Shown here: positions 38,414 to 49,900 of the stretch, piece by piece | Layout of the letters: each line of letters opens with the position of its first letter | Numbering within the stretch: the first letter of the stretch is position 1 | Assembly: GCA_013239625.1 (NCBI GenBank) | Contig: MU053304.1 | Location: forward strand, 1,054,001 to 1,118,000 | Reading direction: 5' to 3' | Origin: Lama guanicoe | Lineage: Eukaryota | DNA: 64,000 bases | Notes under the pieces: model-generated | Told to the model about the DNA's origin: nothing | The model's input: the letters and a program-made list of their open reading frames with translations, nothing else | Databases searched by the model: none | Made by a program: the position numbers and the translations under genes

Positions 38414-39548
38414 ATTGTTCTACAGACACTTCTGAAAAGAGATCTAATTGAGAAAATATACAAAGCACTTAGAAGTTTCATCTCCAGAGAGCACCTAGGT
38501 CTGACTGGAGGCGTCAGAGCCCTCCCCTTCAGGGCTCAGGGCTGAGAACGGGGTTAGCATATCGGATGATCAGTAAAAACATGCAAAAGTGAGAAGGAAA
38601 AGGAAAAAAACGCTGCATTCCCCCAGAGCAGAGGGGGACGGAATTTCAGAACAAAGAGGAGGCAGGGTGTGCAAGTACCAGGTGGCTCTCCCTCCCCTTC
38701 CCCCAGTGATCTTCTAAGACAGCTCTAAGCTGGAGAACGCAGTGAGCCCCACCCGCTCAGCAGGACCCACAGCCCCAAGTGCATCCCGGCTCAGTGCTCA
38801 GCAGGGTAGGGCTGCCTGTGGACAGGATGGGAAGAGACCCCCCATCTCCTGCCCGTTTCTCTGTGGCTGTGGCTGCGGGGACCCTGCTTGTGCTCCTGGG
38901 GGGGCCAGGGCTGGGGGCCCTGGCTCCTCCCTTCTTTGGTTCCACCCTAAAGATTGTGCTTGCCGGACTCATCCCACCCCCACCCCCAAATTCCAGGCTC
39001 CCACTGGTGGGCTGAAGGCACTGACAGGAATCCTGGGGAGACCCCTTGTGCTCTGGGTGGGTCCATCCTGGGGCACATTCCACCACCCTCAGCTCAGGCC
39101 CCAGAATTGGAACAGAGGAGGAAGTGTACCGTGCAAGGAAAAGGCCTTTCGGGACTTTTCCAGCTGTGCAGACATTCCTGAACCCCACTGTACATCCCTC
39201 CCCCCGCCAGAACCCCAACATGCCTGGCCCTTCTGCCCAGCCCTTCTCCTTGGGCTGTCGGTGCAGCTGTGGGCCCGGCCCCCGTGGACCTGACCTCCAG
39301 ATGGTGGTCAAAGAAACCTCCTTGGGGCATCCCGTCCATCCCCTAGACCGGGGAGGTCAGCAGAGGTGGAGGCCTTGAGAGGTCACAGCTCTGGTACAGG
39401 GAGGCGTGTAGGGCTAGAGAGCAACGGGGAGACACGTCACATCTATGGAAAGGTGTCCAAAATACAAGCTAAGCGAGGGGAAGGAGGGCCAGAGAGTGGC
39501 TGGAAGAGAAAAAGAGAGAGGGTGGGACGGGGCCTGGGGGAGGGGCCT
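38414..39548 (-). other. ITM2C: Probable ITM2C 3' UTR (distal end uncertain)
   Basis: Repeat-free stretch after the stop, ending in a U-rich block (TGCTTTGTATATTTTCTCAATTAGATCTCTTTTCAGAAGTGTC) that I recall from ITM2C mRNA 3' ends. Confidence 0.6.
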
Positions 39549-39640
39549 TCACACCACGCCGCAGATGAGCGTCTCCACCACGAAGGTGTTCTCGAAGTGG
39601 CGGATGGCGTTGCAGTGCTTGGCCCCTCGTTTGTTGATCC
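39549..39640 (-). CDS. ITM2C: ITM2C coding exon 6 (proprotein-convertase site and C-terminal peptide, stop)
   Basis: Acceptor ctctcag|GG; (R)[32 protein letters not shown]. The six exons total 810 nt = 269 aa + stop, in frame. Confidence 0.97.
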
Positions 39641-39799
39641 CTGAGAGAGAACCGAGAAATCCCAGTAAGGCCTGTGTCCTGGCCCAGAACTGGCTGGGCC
39701 ACAAAGGCCACCAGCCTTGGAGCCTGAGCAGGACCTCAGGCCCCCAGGGGAAAGCGGGAGGCCCAGGTAATGACACCCAGATTCACCCAGAGGCAGTGC

Positions 39800-40010
39800 A
39801 GTGAAGTGGTGTGAATGTAAGAGCTGGAGTCAGACCACCCAGCATGGCCACTTTCCGGCTGTGTGACCTCAGGAGTGTTTCTTAACCTCTCTGTGCCTCG
39901 GTTTCTTCATCTTTAAAAGGGGCAGCAGGAATAGTGATGATGCGGATGATGATGCTTGCTTACACTCTCTCTTAGGAGACATAAAGAGTGTGAAGCAGGG
40001 CTCAACTAAC
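39800..40010 (+). mobile_element. MIR in ITM2C intron 5
   Basis: gctggagtcagac...gctgtgtgacctcagg...cttaacctctctgtgcctcggtttcttcatct. Confidence 0.75.
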
Positions 40011-40144
40011 ACCAGCTGTTATCCTCACTATTGCTCTGAGCTCTCTGACAGCTGGTCTCCAGCTGTGTGGCCAGGCACTGCCAGAGGATGGCCATGGTTT
40101 GGAGCTTGGGGCAGGGGCCAAGGTGGGTGGAGCCCGCCACTCAC

Positions 40145-40295
40145 GCCTCCGGGTGGCCCGGCGCCGCAGCCGGTAGGTGTCCTTCCCGTTGCACAGGTGG
40201 TAGATGAAGGAGCCCAGGGCCTCCTTGTCGCTGACGTGCTCCGTGACCACCATTTCCTCCTGGATGATGTATGTCTGCGGGAGGTAAGTCCCCCT
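40145..40295 (-). CDS. ITM2C: ITM2C coding exon 5 (BRICHOS domain, basic linker)
   Basis: Acceptor tttgcag|AGG; RGTYLPQTYIIQEEMVVTEHVSDKEALGSFIYHLCNGKDTYRLRRRATRR; donor C|gtgagt; 151 nt, phase 1. Confidence 0.97.
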
Positions 40296-40868
40296 CTGCA
40301 AAGGGAGCAGCCACAGTGGTAGGTCAGAACCAGGGCTCTCCTCCCGTGGTCCCCACTTGCCCACGCCCCTCATCACCATCCTGCTGATCACCTGAGCCGA
40401 GCTCTCCCCTGCCTGAAACGCCCGTCCAACACCACCCTCCTCATCCAGAGGCCACTCGGCTCGCCCTTCTGATGTCCCCAGACACTTCCTGTTTGTGCCA
40501 AGTGCCTGCACCTGCACTGCTGTGAGTCATGCGGGTGTGCAAGCCTGGTCCCAATCCTCTGGGGACTGCTCCTCGGGGGCAGGGCCCCCATCTTCTCCCT
40601 GCACTGCTGACATGGGGTGACATGGAACTTGGCCGTGAACGCTAAGGAAGTTGGTTTCGAGGTTCTTCCGCAGTGAGGGAGGCCGAAGTGGAGGGTTAGG
40701 TGTTAACTTCGAATGTGGGAGAAGTGCGCAGGTGGGGGATCAACCTTTGGTGCCCGGCCTAGCTGACCACAACATCGGGAACCCCACCCCTGCCGCAGGA
40801 ACCTCCCTTGTCCTGGCGTGGCCTCATGGGGGCGGGGAGGGACCAGCCACTGCCGAGGCCCCGCCCAC

Positions 40869-40979
40869 CTTCACGTTCATGAGCAGCTCCCAGAAGTTGC
40901 GAGGGGGCAGCACGATGGTGGTGTTGAGCTCGATGACGTAGCACTTGTCCAGGGAGATGTCATGATAGGCGGTGAGACC
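40869..40979 (-). CDS. ITM2C: ITM2C coding exon 4 (BRICHOS domain)
   Basis: Acceptor ctgctcag|GGT; hand translation GLTAYHDISLDKCYVIELNTTIVLPPRNFWELLMNVK; donor AAG|gtgggc; 111 nt. Confidence 0.96.
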
Positions 40980-41691
40980 CTGAGCAGGAGGAGGGGCCAC
41001 GTCAGTCTACGCAGGCGAAAGCCTGGCCCTGGTGGGCTGTGCAAGGCACGAACCCCACGGCACCCATGCGACGCTCCCAGATTCCCCAGCACCTGGGTGG
41101 GGCTCCCTTCTCCTGCGCCTCTCCTAGCCTGTTTGCAGAAGCTTCCACTCACCAGATGAAAACACCACCTGTTAAGTGTTTCAGTTGTTACAAGGATTCT
41201 TCTCGGGGGGGGGGGGGCCACACGGTGGAGGTTTGAAAAACACGGTAGGGTCCCAACTGTCCATCTGATCAAACCTGCGCGGTCCAAACACCCCAGTGGA
41301 CAGCCTGGACCCTCAGCAAGAGATGCTCCACCCCGGGCCCTGTGTGTGGCACCTCTGTAAGATGTCAATGTGCAAACAGCTCAGTAAAAAGGTAACAATC
41401 TGCAGCTGTCAGGAGGCCGAGGAGAAAGTCAGACACGGCTAGTTCAGGTCCAGTGAGGGCCGCATTACCTATATGATAAAAGCTGTGTCTTTAAATCCCC
41501 GATGGTCCTCAACCGTAGACATCTACCACACAGTGTACATTACACAGTATGTACTTCAGGTTTAGACAAGGGACGTCGGCATTCTCCTTTTGCTCCTGTT
41601 CCTCTCCTCCTGGTGACTCTTGGTGGAAGGGGGGCTCTGGGTCCCTGGGCGCCCCCTCACCGCCCCTGCCCCAGTCCCTGGCCAGCCTCAC

Positions 41692-41880
41692 CCGCTGGAA
41701 GTCATGGATGATGTCTGCGGGGTCGCCGCCACCAAACTGGGGCACAGGGACGTTGATGCGCTCGTAGTTCTCCTCGAGGTAGATCTTCACGTCCTCCTCC
41801 AGCTCCATGCGCGTGCGGGCCTGGGAGGACAGGGAGTCCTCGTAGAGGACGCCGCAGTGGAAGAAGTTGTCTCGGGCCAG
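41692..41880 (-). CDS. ITM2C: ITM2C coding exon 3
   Basis: Acceptor ttgctcag|CTG; LARDNFFHCGVLYED...ERINVPVPQFGGGDPADIIHDFQR; donor CGG|gtgagg; 189 nt. Confidence 0.97.
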
Positions 41881-42030
41881 CTGAGCAAGGGTGGGTGGGG
41901 GGTGAGAGAAAGAGCGAGAAAGAGAGGGAGCCTGGTCACTCAGTGCCCTCGGCTCAGCCACTGCTGCCTGCCCAATCACAGCAGGCTCTGAAGGCCTGGG
42001 GAAGCAGGCAGGGTGGGGCTGTGAGACCCA

Positions 42031-42139
42031 TTTTACAGATGAAGAAACCGAGAAACATGCTGAGTCAGGGAGGGTGAGCCGGGTCTGCCAGTTCCTAAAA
42101 GGAAGACACCTTTAGGCCTCAGTTTCCCCATCTGTAAAA
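42031..42139. repeat. Two MIR core fragments in inverted orientation
   Basis: ttttacagatgaagaaaccgag (42031-42052) and ctcagtttccccatctgtaaaa (42118-42139). Confidence 0.8.
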
Positions 42140-42267
42140 AGACAGGAGCCCCTCGGGCTTTTTCTGGCCTCCAAGTCCGTGAGTCTACGGCTGTGAAATG
42201 GGGTGGATCCGCAGAGGCAAACACAGGGACTGCGGACAGGCGGAGCCCTGCGGGGCGCCACCCTCCG

Positions 42268-42286
42268 CTGCCACCAGAGGGTGCTC
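42268..42286 (+). promoter_or_regulatory. CTCF-like motif in ITM2C intron 2
   Basis: CTGCCACCAGAGGGTGCTC in a locally CpG-rich patch. Confidence 0.6.
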
Positions 42287-43851
42287 GCCTGCGCTTCCTG
42301 CCCTCTGCTGCGGGGTCCAGCGCGGGAGGAAGAGGGAGGAGCTGAGAGGCGGCCCTGTTACTAGATTCTGGTGGTACCACCCCCCGCAAGCTGCGTGTCC
42401 ACTCTCTCACAAGTCCCGTCACCTTCCCTGGACCCCGTGCCTCATGAGAAACCTTGATAAACACGGTGTATCCTATCTCGGGGGGCAGCCTAATCACTCC
42501 AACCGCACGGGTAGGGAGGCAGCCTGGCGGGACTGATAGGCACGTGACTGACTGGCCAGGGACCGTGTGCCCCTCCCTCTCCCCCAGGGGCTCCTCCAGA
42601 TAGAGCAGGGACTGCTGGTCCTGGCCCGTGATGGGCAGAACTCCCCTTTCTCTGAGTGTCAGCTCTTCCAGGAGAGTGAATCATCACATATGAATCATAC
42701 TGTCCCAGGGCCCAGACCCACAGGCTGCTCGGAGGTGGCCCTGTTCCCCAGGAATCCAGGTGGGGTGAGGAACCCCAGGAGGGCGTGAGTCGGGGCTGGG
42801 AACAGAGGCTGCAACAGGAAAAGGCCCCAGAGGGCGTGTGGCTGGGAAAGAGAACCAGGGGCAGGTATGGAGCAGGCCATGGGGAGTGGGGGCAGATGCT
42901 GAACAGAACGGGAAGTGAGTGGTGTGTGGGAGTGTGTGGAACACAAACTCTTCAGTAATTTCCACTGCAGAAAAACTGGGTGACAACAAAGCGAAAGCCC
43001 AGTGCTAAAGGGTGGGAGGAGGTCACTCGGGTCATAAATGACTTGCAATTCTCAGCCTTCTTGTCACCGAGATTCCCTGTAAGTTGTGTTCATGGTTATT
43101 CTATGGAGCGACCTTTAACTGAACTACCTTCAGGTCTGAGAACTTGGTGGCACTGTCTCCCTCCCCAGGTCTGGGCTGATCACAAGGTCGCTGTGACCAC
43201 GACCAGGTGTCTGGGCCAGCTTTGGGCCCAGATTGGCTGTGTGAGCAGATAACCAGGGTGCGATCCTGGGCGGGGGCAGCCCTCACAGGAGGTGGAGGTG
43301 AATCTGTTTTTACAACCCACCCTCCACCTTGCAAGGTTTGTAGCCCAAATGTCCAGGCCCGGAATGGAATTCTTGAAAGCATGACCCGCAGGCATAGGGG
43401 CTGGACTCTCAAGGGATTGCAGAGATCCAAGTTCTGCTGGACCTGAGTTTCCGGTAATATTGCCCTGGGGGTAACACTGTGGGAAGGAGCCTCAAGGGCC
43501 CAGACTCTAATCCTGGCTCCCCCATCACTGACTGTGTTCCTGGGAGAGCACCCTGTCAAGCTCAGGTGTGTCCGAAGAACTAGGCAAGGACCCTCCTCCA
43601 GAGCCCGTGGGAGTTGAGGCCGGGGCCCCAGTCCTGTATCCTGGACCGAGACCAGGGAAGGCGAGGATGCAGGTCTTCTGGGCTCCCCTGAGTGCTCCCC
43701 CACCTGGGGCTGCCCTCTCCTCACAACCCCAAGCCCCTGGCTCTCAACAGCTCACGCCTCCCGCTCCCACACCCTCACCCCTGACCCCTGCAAACACGCA
43801 TACTTCCTTGCTTCTCTCTAAACGCCACTCTTTCTCTCGTCCCGGCCTCAC

Positions 43852-43992
43852 CTGAGCGAGGAAGAAGTATCTGTAGATGTAGACGGAGGCGAACACGAGG
43901 CCCATGAGCAGCACAACCATGCCCATGGACAGGTAGCACACGCCGCCCACGGAGCCGCCCTTCTTGTAGCGGTGGGGGGGGGGCCGCTCCTC
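43852..43992 (-). CDS. ITM2C: ITM2C coding exon 2 (type II transmembrane helix)
   Basis: Acceptor ttcacag|GAG; EERPPPHRYKKGGSVGGVCYLSMGMVVLLMGLVFASVYIYRYFFLAQ; donor CAG|gtgagg; 141 nt. Confidence 0.97.
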
Positions 43993-46900
43993 CTGTGAAC
44001 AGCAGCACAGGGTCAGCAGGTGGTGGTCCCACACCCCTGGGAATCCCCTTTCCTGAAGTGAGACCTCTCCCCACCGGCTGGGGGGGAAGCCTCGGGGCAG
44101 AGGGAAGGGAAATGCTCAAAACACACAGAACATCATCTGGCAGGAAAGGAAAACATCGCCAGGGTCCCCCCAGCTCTTCTCATCTAAAGAGAAATGGAGC
44201 CCCACCTTGAAGATGACCCATGGAGATCAAGCAAGCGTATTTTGAATTACCCACACTATTAGTCCCCTTCATTATACCAGCTGTGACCACAGTAGGTTCT
44301 TTCAAACAGAGAGTGGGGAAGCACAGACATGACCTTGGTGACTGTGCCAGGCCTAGGAACCTATAGGAACTGGGGTGCACTGGGCAGGCTGGAGCCACTG
44401 CTCTGGGCAATGGGGAGCCAGGGAAGGCTTCTGAAGTAGAAAGTGACAAGATCCACCTGCAGGCTGGAGTGGTCACTGACTGATGAGGACAGGGCTCCCA
44501 GAAGCCCACAGGGTCTGGGCAGGGGTGCTTGTCCCCTCAGGCCACACCAGGCAGTGCTCAGCCAGCCAGGACAGCGATGGCATCACCCGGGCACTGGCTG
44601 GGAGCGTCAAGCATACTGTCAGGAGTGGAAACTGTAGGGTGAAGTCTGGAGGCTTCTGGAAGCCAGGGCGCCTCTGCCAGGAGGGAAACGTGGCTGTGGC
44701 AGCGGCAGCTGCCGGCAGGGAGGCCAGGGCAGGAGGTTCCTGGAAAAAAACCTGCTCTGGGGAGCCATGCTTGGTTTCGGAACAGTAGCTGCAGGGCTGC
44801 CAAGAAGCAGCCAGCCAGCCTGACCCAGCTCCAGTCCACACACATCTGGGCCAGTGGCTGGAAGGTGTGTGTGTAAAACTCAGTAACCCTGCGCTCCCTG
44901 GAGCACTGGACCAGGAGTCTAGTGACTCGGGCTCTTAACCAGCTGTGTGTGATCTTGGCCACCCCTCATCTTTATGCCTGTCCTCCCAGGCACCCCTGCC
45001 CTAATGCAGGCCTCATTCATCCTGGAGATGTCTCCAAGGCCCCAGGCCTGTCTCTGCCTGCAGAGCCCACCCTCTTCCGTGATGCAGCCGGGAGAGGTTA
45101 GAGGCCAGTCCCAGGTCCCCTCCCCCCCACCTATGGGGCTGAGGCAGTACCGGGGAAGAGGGGAGCTCTAGCCCAGAGCCTGCACCTTCTCACTCCAGCT
45201 CTGCCACTGTCCACTCAGCCCTCTATGTGCCGTGTTTCCATTCTCCCTTCATCCCGGAGCAGGTGGTAGGAGGGTAGGGACACAGTTCAGGTCCAAGTTA
45301 CCCAGGACATGCCCTTATCCTCAGTTCAGCAAAGGGGGCCCAGGCTGGTAGGGGTCGGTGCAGGGCCTGCTGTGTCCCTCAGGTCCCGCCCCTTTGCTTA
45401 GGGCACATGGGGGTGTGGGGCCTGGGCCTGAGGGAGCAGAGGGCCATCCCATCAGAGGGGCTGATACCTCCCTGCTTGGGGTTCTCCCCAACCCGTTTCC
45501 CGAGGAAAACGGCAGAAAATGCCTGAAGGACTCTCCCCCTCACTGCGCACACCTACTGCCAGGCCAGCAGCCCCTAGTCTCCAGCACCAAGGGATGCAGG
45601 CTGGAGAGGAACCCTGGCCCATCCTGCTCCCCCTTACAGGCCTGGGGCCTCTCCCAACCCTGGCCCTGCTGCAGGGGTCCTGTGATCGAAACCAGAGAAG
45701 CAAGCTGGTGAGACCACCCACCTGGCTGCCATCTCCTCGGCTCCCCGGGGGCACTATGCAAGGTCACTAGCACACGTGACCACTGCCCACAGGGCCCTGA
45801 GGGACAGCCATCAGCCAGAATGGGTTGGGGGCTGCAATGGCATTGACTTTCCAGTGGGCTCCCAGGAGCAGCCCAGGACCTGGTGACCCGACGGCCAAGC
45901 TCTGCCAGGGTCTCACAAGGAACAAGCTATCCAGAGGCTCCAGCTGTTGTGAGTGGGTCCAAAGGAGAGGTGGGTGACCAGGAAGACAGGCCAAGCACTG
46001 CACCTGCTCTGAATCCTGTCCTAAGGGCAGGACGTGTATTTTGTTGGACTGCAGGGACTCAGAAGCCCCATTATGGGCTGAGATCCATGAGTGGGAAGCA
46101 CCCAGCGCCCTGACCTTCCACAGGTCCTCCTGTAAAACGTGAACAGACTCTTCCTGCCAGGGTTTTGTCAGGATTAAAGGATACAAAGACCCTGAAAGCC
46201 CTTTATAAAGGATAAAGTGCTAGATAAAAATAGCAGATCTTTATCAGCTAAACCTTTCCTTTTTAGGGCCACCACCGAGCCAGCTGTTGAAGTTGCACTG
46301 TGGCCAAGTTTTGCTCCTGTGTTTGTTGGGGAAAACCAGAGAAGCAGGCTTGTGAGAACTGCCTTTAAAATACAAAACAAAACAAAACAAACACCAAAAA
46401 AAGTCAATAGGCTACAAAGCAAAAGCCCCACGGTCTGCTCCACAATATAAGTTCACGGACAAGGTGAGACCTACTAGCTTTACAGCAGCCTTTCTGGGCC
46501 CAGGCTGGGTCAGGTGCTTCTAAGTGCCTGGGGGAGGGGCTGGGCAGACGGAAGAGCGGGGAGAGGGAAGGTCAGTGAGGACAGGGGAGGGAGGAGAGCC
46601 TGCAGCTGAAGAGAGGAGAGGCCACCATTGCTGAGAAAGAGTCTCCAGTCAGGACCCCGGGACGCCACCCTGTGTCCTCACAGGTCTCTGTGGTGGACCC
46701 CCACCTTTCCTAGACATGCAGCAGATAAGTGGCTTCCTATCTGGCCCCTACAGACCCCCACCGAGTGCACATCCGTGGCTCACACCCTGCTCCCCTTCCT
46801 ACCCAACACGTTTGGCCTGCAGGGGCCAAACCCCCAGAAGCATCACGGAGCAGCAGGGGTGGAAGGGAAAGCAGGCCCAGAGGCTGCTAGGAGGCCGACT

Positions 46901-49900
46901 AGAAATCACAGAGACTCTGCTTTGAGACAAACGCTCTGGAACAGAAAGACCCACACGGGGGAGGCCCCTGAATCCTGCCTGGCGCTCCCCGTGCTTGCAC
47001 TTCCAACCCCTTGCAGCAGCCCTGAGGCCCCTGGGAGCACGCAGTCAGCCTGGGCTGGAAAATCCCTGGCTGCACAGCTCACCCAGGATGATGGCCGAGG
47101 AGCCTGCTTCACGAAGCCCTTAAGCTGTTTCACCTGTCATGCTGAAGCCCCAGGAAAACACAGCTCCCACGTGGAGCAGTTACTCACAGCTGGGCATCTG
47201 GGGGGCTTCCACTGAGAGAAAGCAGAAAAATAGCGATACTGTTTCCATGGCAACTGAGCATCCTGAGAAACATGCCTTGCTGTGCATGCCTGTGGGGCAC
47301 CTGGGCCACATGTCCGGGGACCTAGGAGGGGCCCGGGCCTTGGCCTGCCTGTTTCAGGAGTCTGCAGGGCTCTCATTAAATGATTTAGTAAAGCCAGCGA
47401 CAAAAGAGTCACGGGGAACCCTGCCAACAGAAGCATTAACTCTGAAGACTCCCCGGCTTAGGGAGAAAGCTCACCCACCTTCCCTCCGTGGCAATGTCCA
47501 AATTAACTGCAAGCAGATTAAACTACAGTGGCAGGCTGCTCGGAGGAAGCTAGCACAGGCGCCAGAAATACACTCATGGCAGGCCCAGGCTGGTGGCTGG
47601 GGGTGGGCTCCCACCTCAACTCGCCGGTACCACTCCCCCTCCTCAGCCTCTTCCTCTCCCAGGCTGCAGAACACAGAGGCAAGGGCACCAGGGAGGGAGG
47701 GAGGGAGTGTGTGTGTGAGTGAGACAGACAGAAGCCTGGAGAGGTGGGGGGATTGGGTAAATGCCCTCGGCCCACCGAGCACGCAGAGCTGTGGTCAGAA
47801 GTACAGACATCAGCTAGGGTAAACACGGACAGGGCACCATGAACTCACCATCAGTGAAACCCCACTCCTGTCGTGTGACCCAGCGGTGCCCACGGTGCAG
47901 GCCTGGGGAGGAAGAAGGGTATGGACCGGAGAACAGCCCTGCACAGCCGGGGTAGATTCCCTCTGCTAATTCTTTCTATTCCATCCCCAGCAGTCAAGAT
48001 GAGACCACAAAGAACAAAGGTTCGGGGGGGGGGGGCGAGGAGCAGAGCTGCTGCTGGAGGCTCTCCTAGGGGAGACGCAACTCGGAGATGCTGCAGGGGC
48101 TGTGCTTCCGTGATCTTACCATAAAGATTTTTTTATGGTAAGAGAAACTCATCCCTTCGTGGCAATCTGCTGACAGCCTTGAATCATGCAAGGAGGGGCC
48201 GAAAGGAGGACAGAAAAGAAAGGGAAATGAGAGAAGGCAGAAAAGTCACTGGGGCACAAGTCCAAAAGCCAGAGCCCCTTGGGGAAGTCCCAGGGCAGGC
48301 GAGGCATGGCCGCCGAAGTCCCTACACCACCACAGGGGCAGGACCGCCCATTCACCAAGGTCCTCTTGGCCCAGCTCTCAGGGCCCGCGGGTACAGGGCA
48401 CTGGGGCAGCAGGGCTCCAGGCCCCACCAGATCCGCTCTCCTGGCTGGCAGGGGTCCCTCCCCCAACCACTCCAGGAGACCCAGCTCCCTCCTGCCAAGG
48501 GCCTGAGGCCAGGAGGTGGAAAGTGAAATCTGATCCCAGGTATGCGGGCTGGGGGAGGGGGTGACACAGGGGCCATTAATCAAAGGCAAAAGCCAAGGAG
48601 AAAATTACAGCTCTGAGAAGATGACTGTATTGAACATGGTTCTCTCTTCTTGTGGCGACTCCAACCTGACTGTTCGAGTCTGTACAGGCCCACACCTGCC
48701 TGTGTGTGTGTGTGCACGCGCGCGCGCATACACAAAGACACAGGCAGATAGTAGGGACAGGGGAACTGGGCTGAGAGTTGCAGGGCTGGCCGGTGGGCCT
48801 CCAAAGGGGAAGGACGATCCAGCTAGAGAGTGCTAAGAGGGGGTGCTTCCCGTCCAGCCCACTTTCGAAGCTGACTTCCCGCCAGCTGCCCATCAGCGCT
48901 GGCTTCTTATTACCTCAGAGGCAAGCACCACGTGGGGAGGGTGGGCAGCTGGAGGCCCAGCTGGGCCCCCACCCCCATCCCTTCCCGGCCCACCGAGGCA
49001 CTTCCTTCCAGCAGCAGGTCTGGGACAAAATCCTCCTTGTTTCAGTTTTACCCAGAAGCTGGGGGAGGCCCGCTGTGCTGGTGCTGCTGCTGTGGCTGCC
49101 CTCCCCTGGCCCCCCTGGGACGGGCAGACAGGTTGACATTTTATTATGACAGCTAGAGGGTGGCTCACTGCTGAAAGGCACTCACAAGACTCTGTTCATT
49201 GAGTGGTCCTTCCAGAGCTTGAAATCTTATTTTTGAGTGCAGTTCAGTAGCCAAGGAAGGTTCTAGGGTCGCCCCCAGCCAGAAGAGACCTTCTAATCAG
49301 CTTTCCTCTCACATGCCCATCAGCAGGGGACAAACGCAAATGCCCTCTCTTAAAGAAGCAGCTCCAGGAAGCTCCTAGCCTGCCTGCCTGTCCCTGGCGG
49401 GTGTCCTGGGCTGCTGTGAATGCTGGGCACCTGATGTGTTTACCGCAGGAGGAGGAGGCAGGAGTGGGGGACTTGCTCCACACCCCGCACACGTGGAAAA
49501 TGTGCCCACTGGCCAGGCGAGGCCACGAGAAGCTCAGAGAGGTCAATTCTCTTCACAAGCCTCCAATTCCAGCAGGTGACTGGCAGGGCCAACGTGTGAC
49601 GCCCAGAAGCCTCCTCTGATCACCTCAGGGCGGGTGAGCTGTGGAAGTTTACTAACAAGCAGATCTGACCTAAAGGTACTGGGATTTTAATCCTCCTCCT
49701 GGGGCCCCATCGCTCCCCCTTGCCCATTAAGAGAGCGGGGTGGGGGAGTTTTAGGGGGGAAATCCTGCCTAACTAATCAGGTCTGGGGAGGAGGCGTGCT
49801 CAGCTGGCTTCAGACCATTGCAAACAGCACCAGGAAGATGTTGATGTTTCCATTTCACACTGTGCAAGGGGAGAGAGGACGCTTTAAGAGAGGACGCTTG

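Noticed and set aside
39410..39551. Stop read-through extension analogous to pathogenic ITM2B alleles
   Set aside because: The stop is an intact TGA-A without a TGA-CTAG read-through context; there is no evidence for extension.
46628..47822. 195-aa and 227-aa + strand ORFs inside ITM2C intron 1
   Set aside because: No recognisable domain or splice structure; consistent with chance frames in GC-rich DNA.
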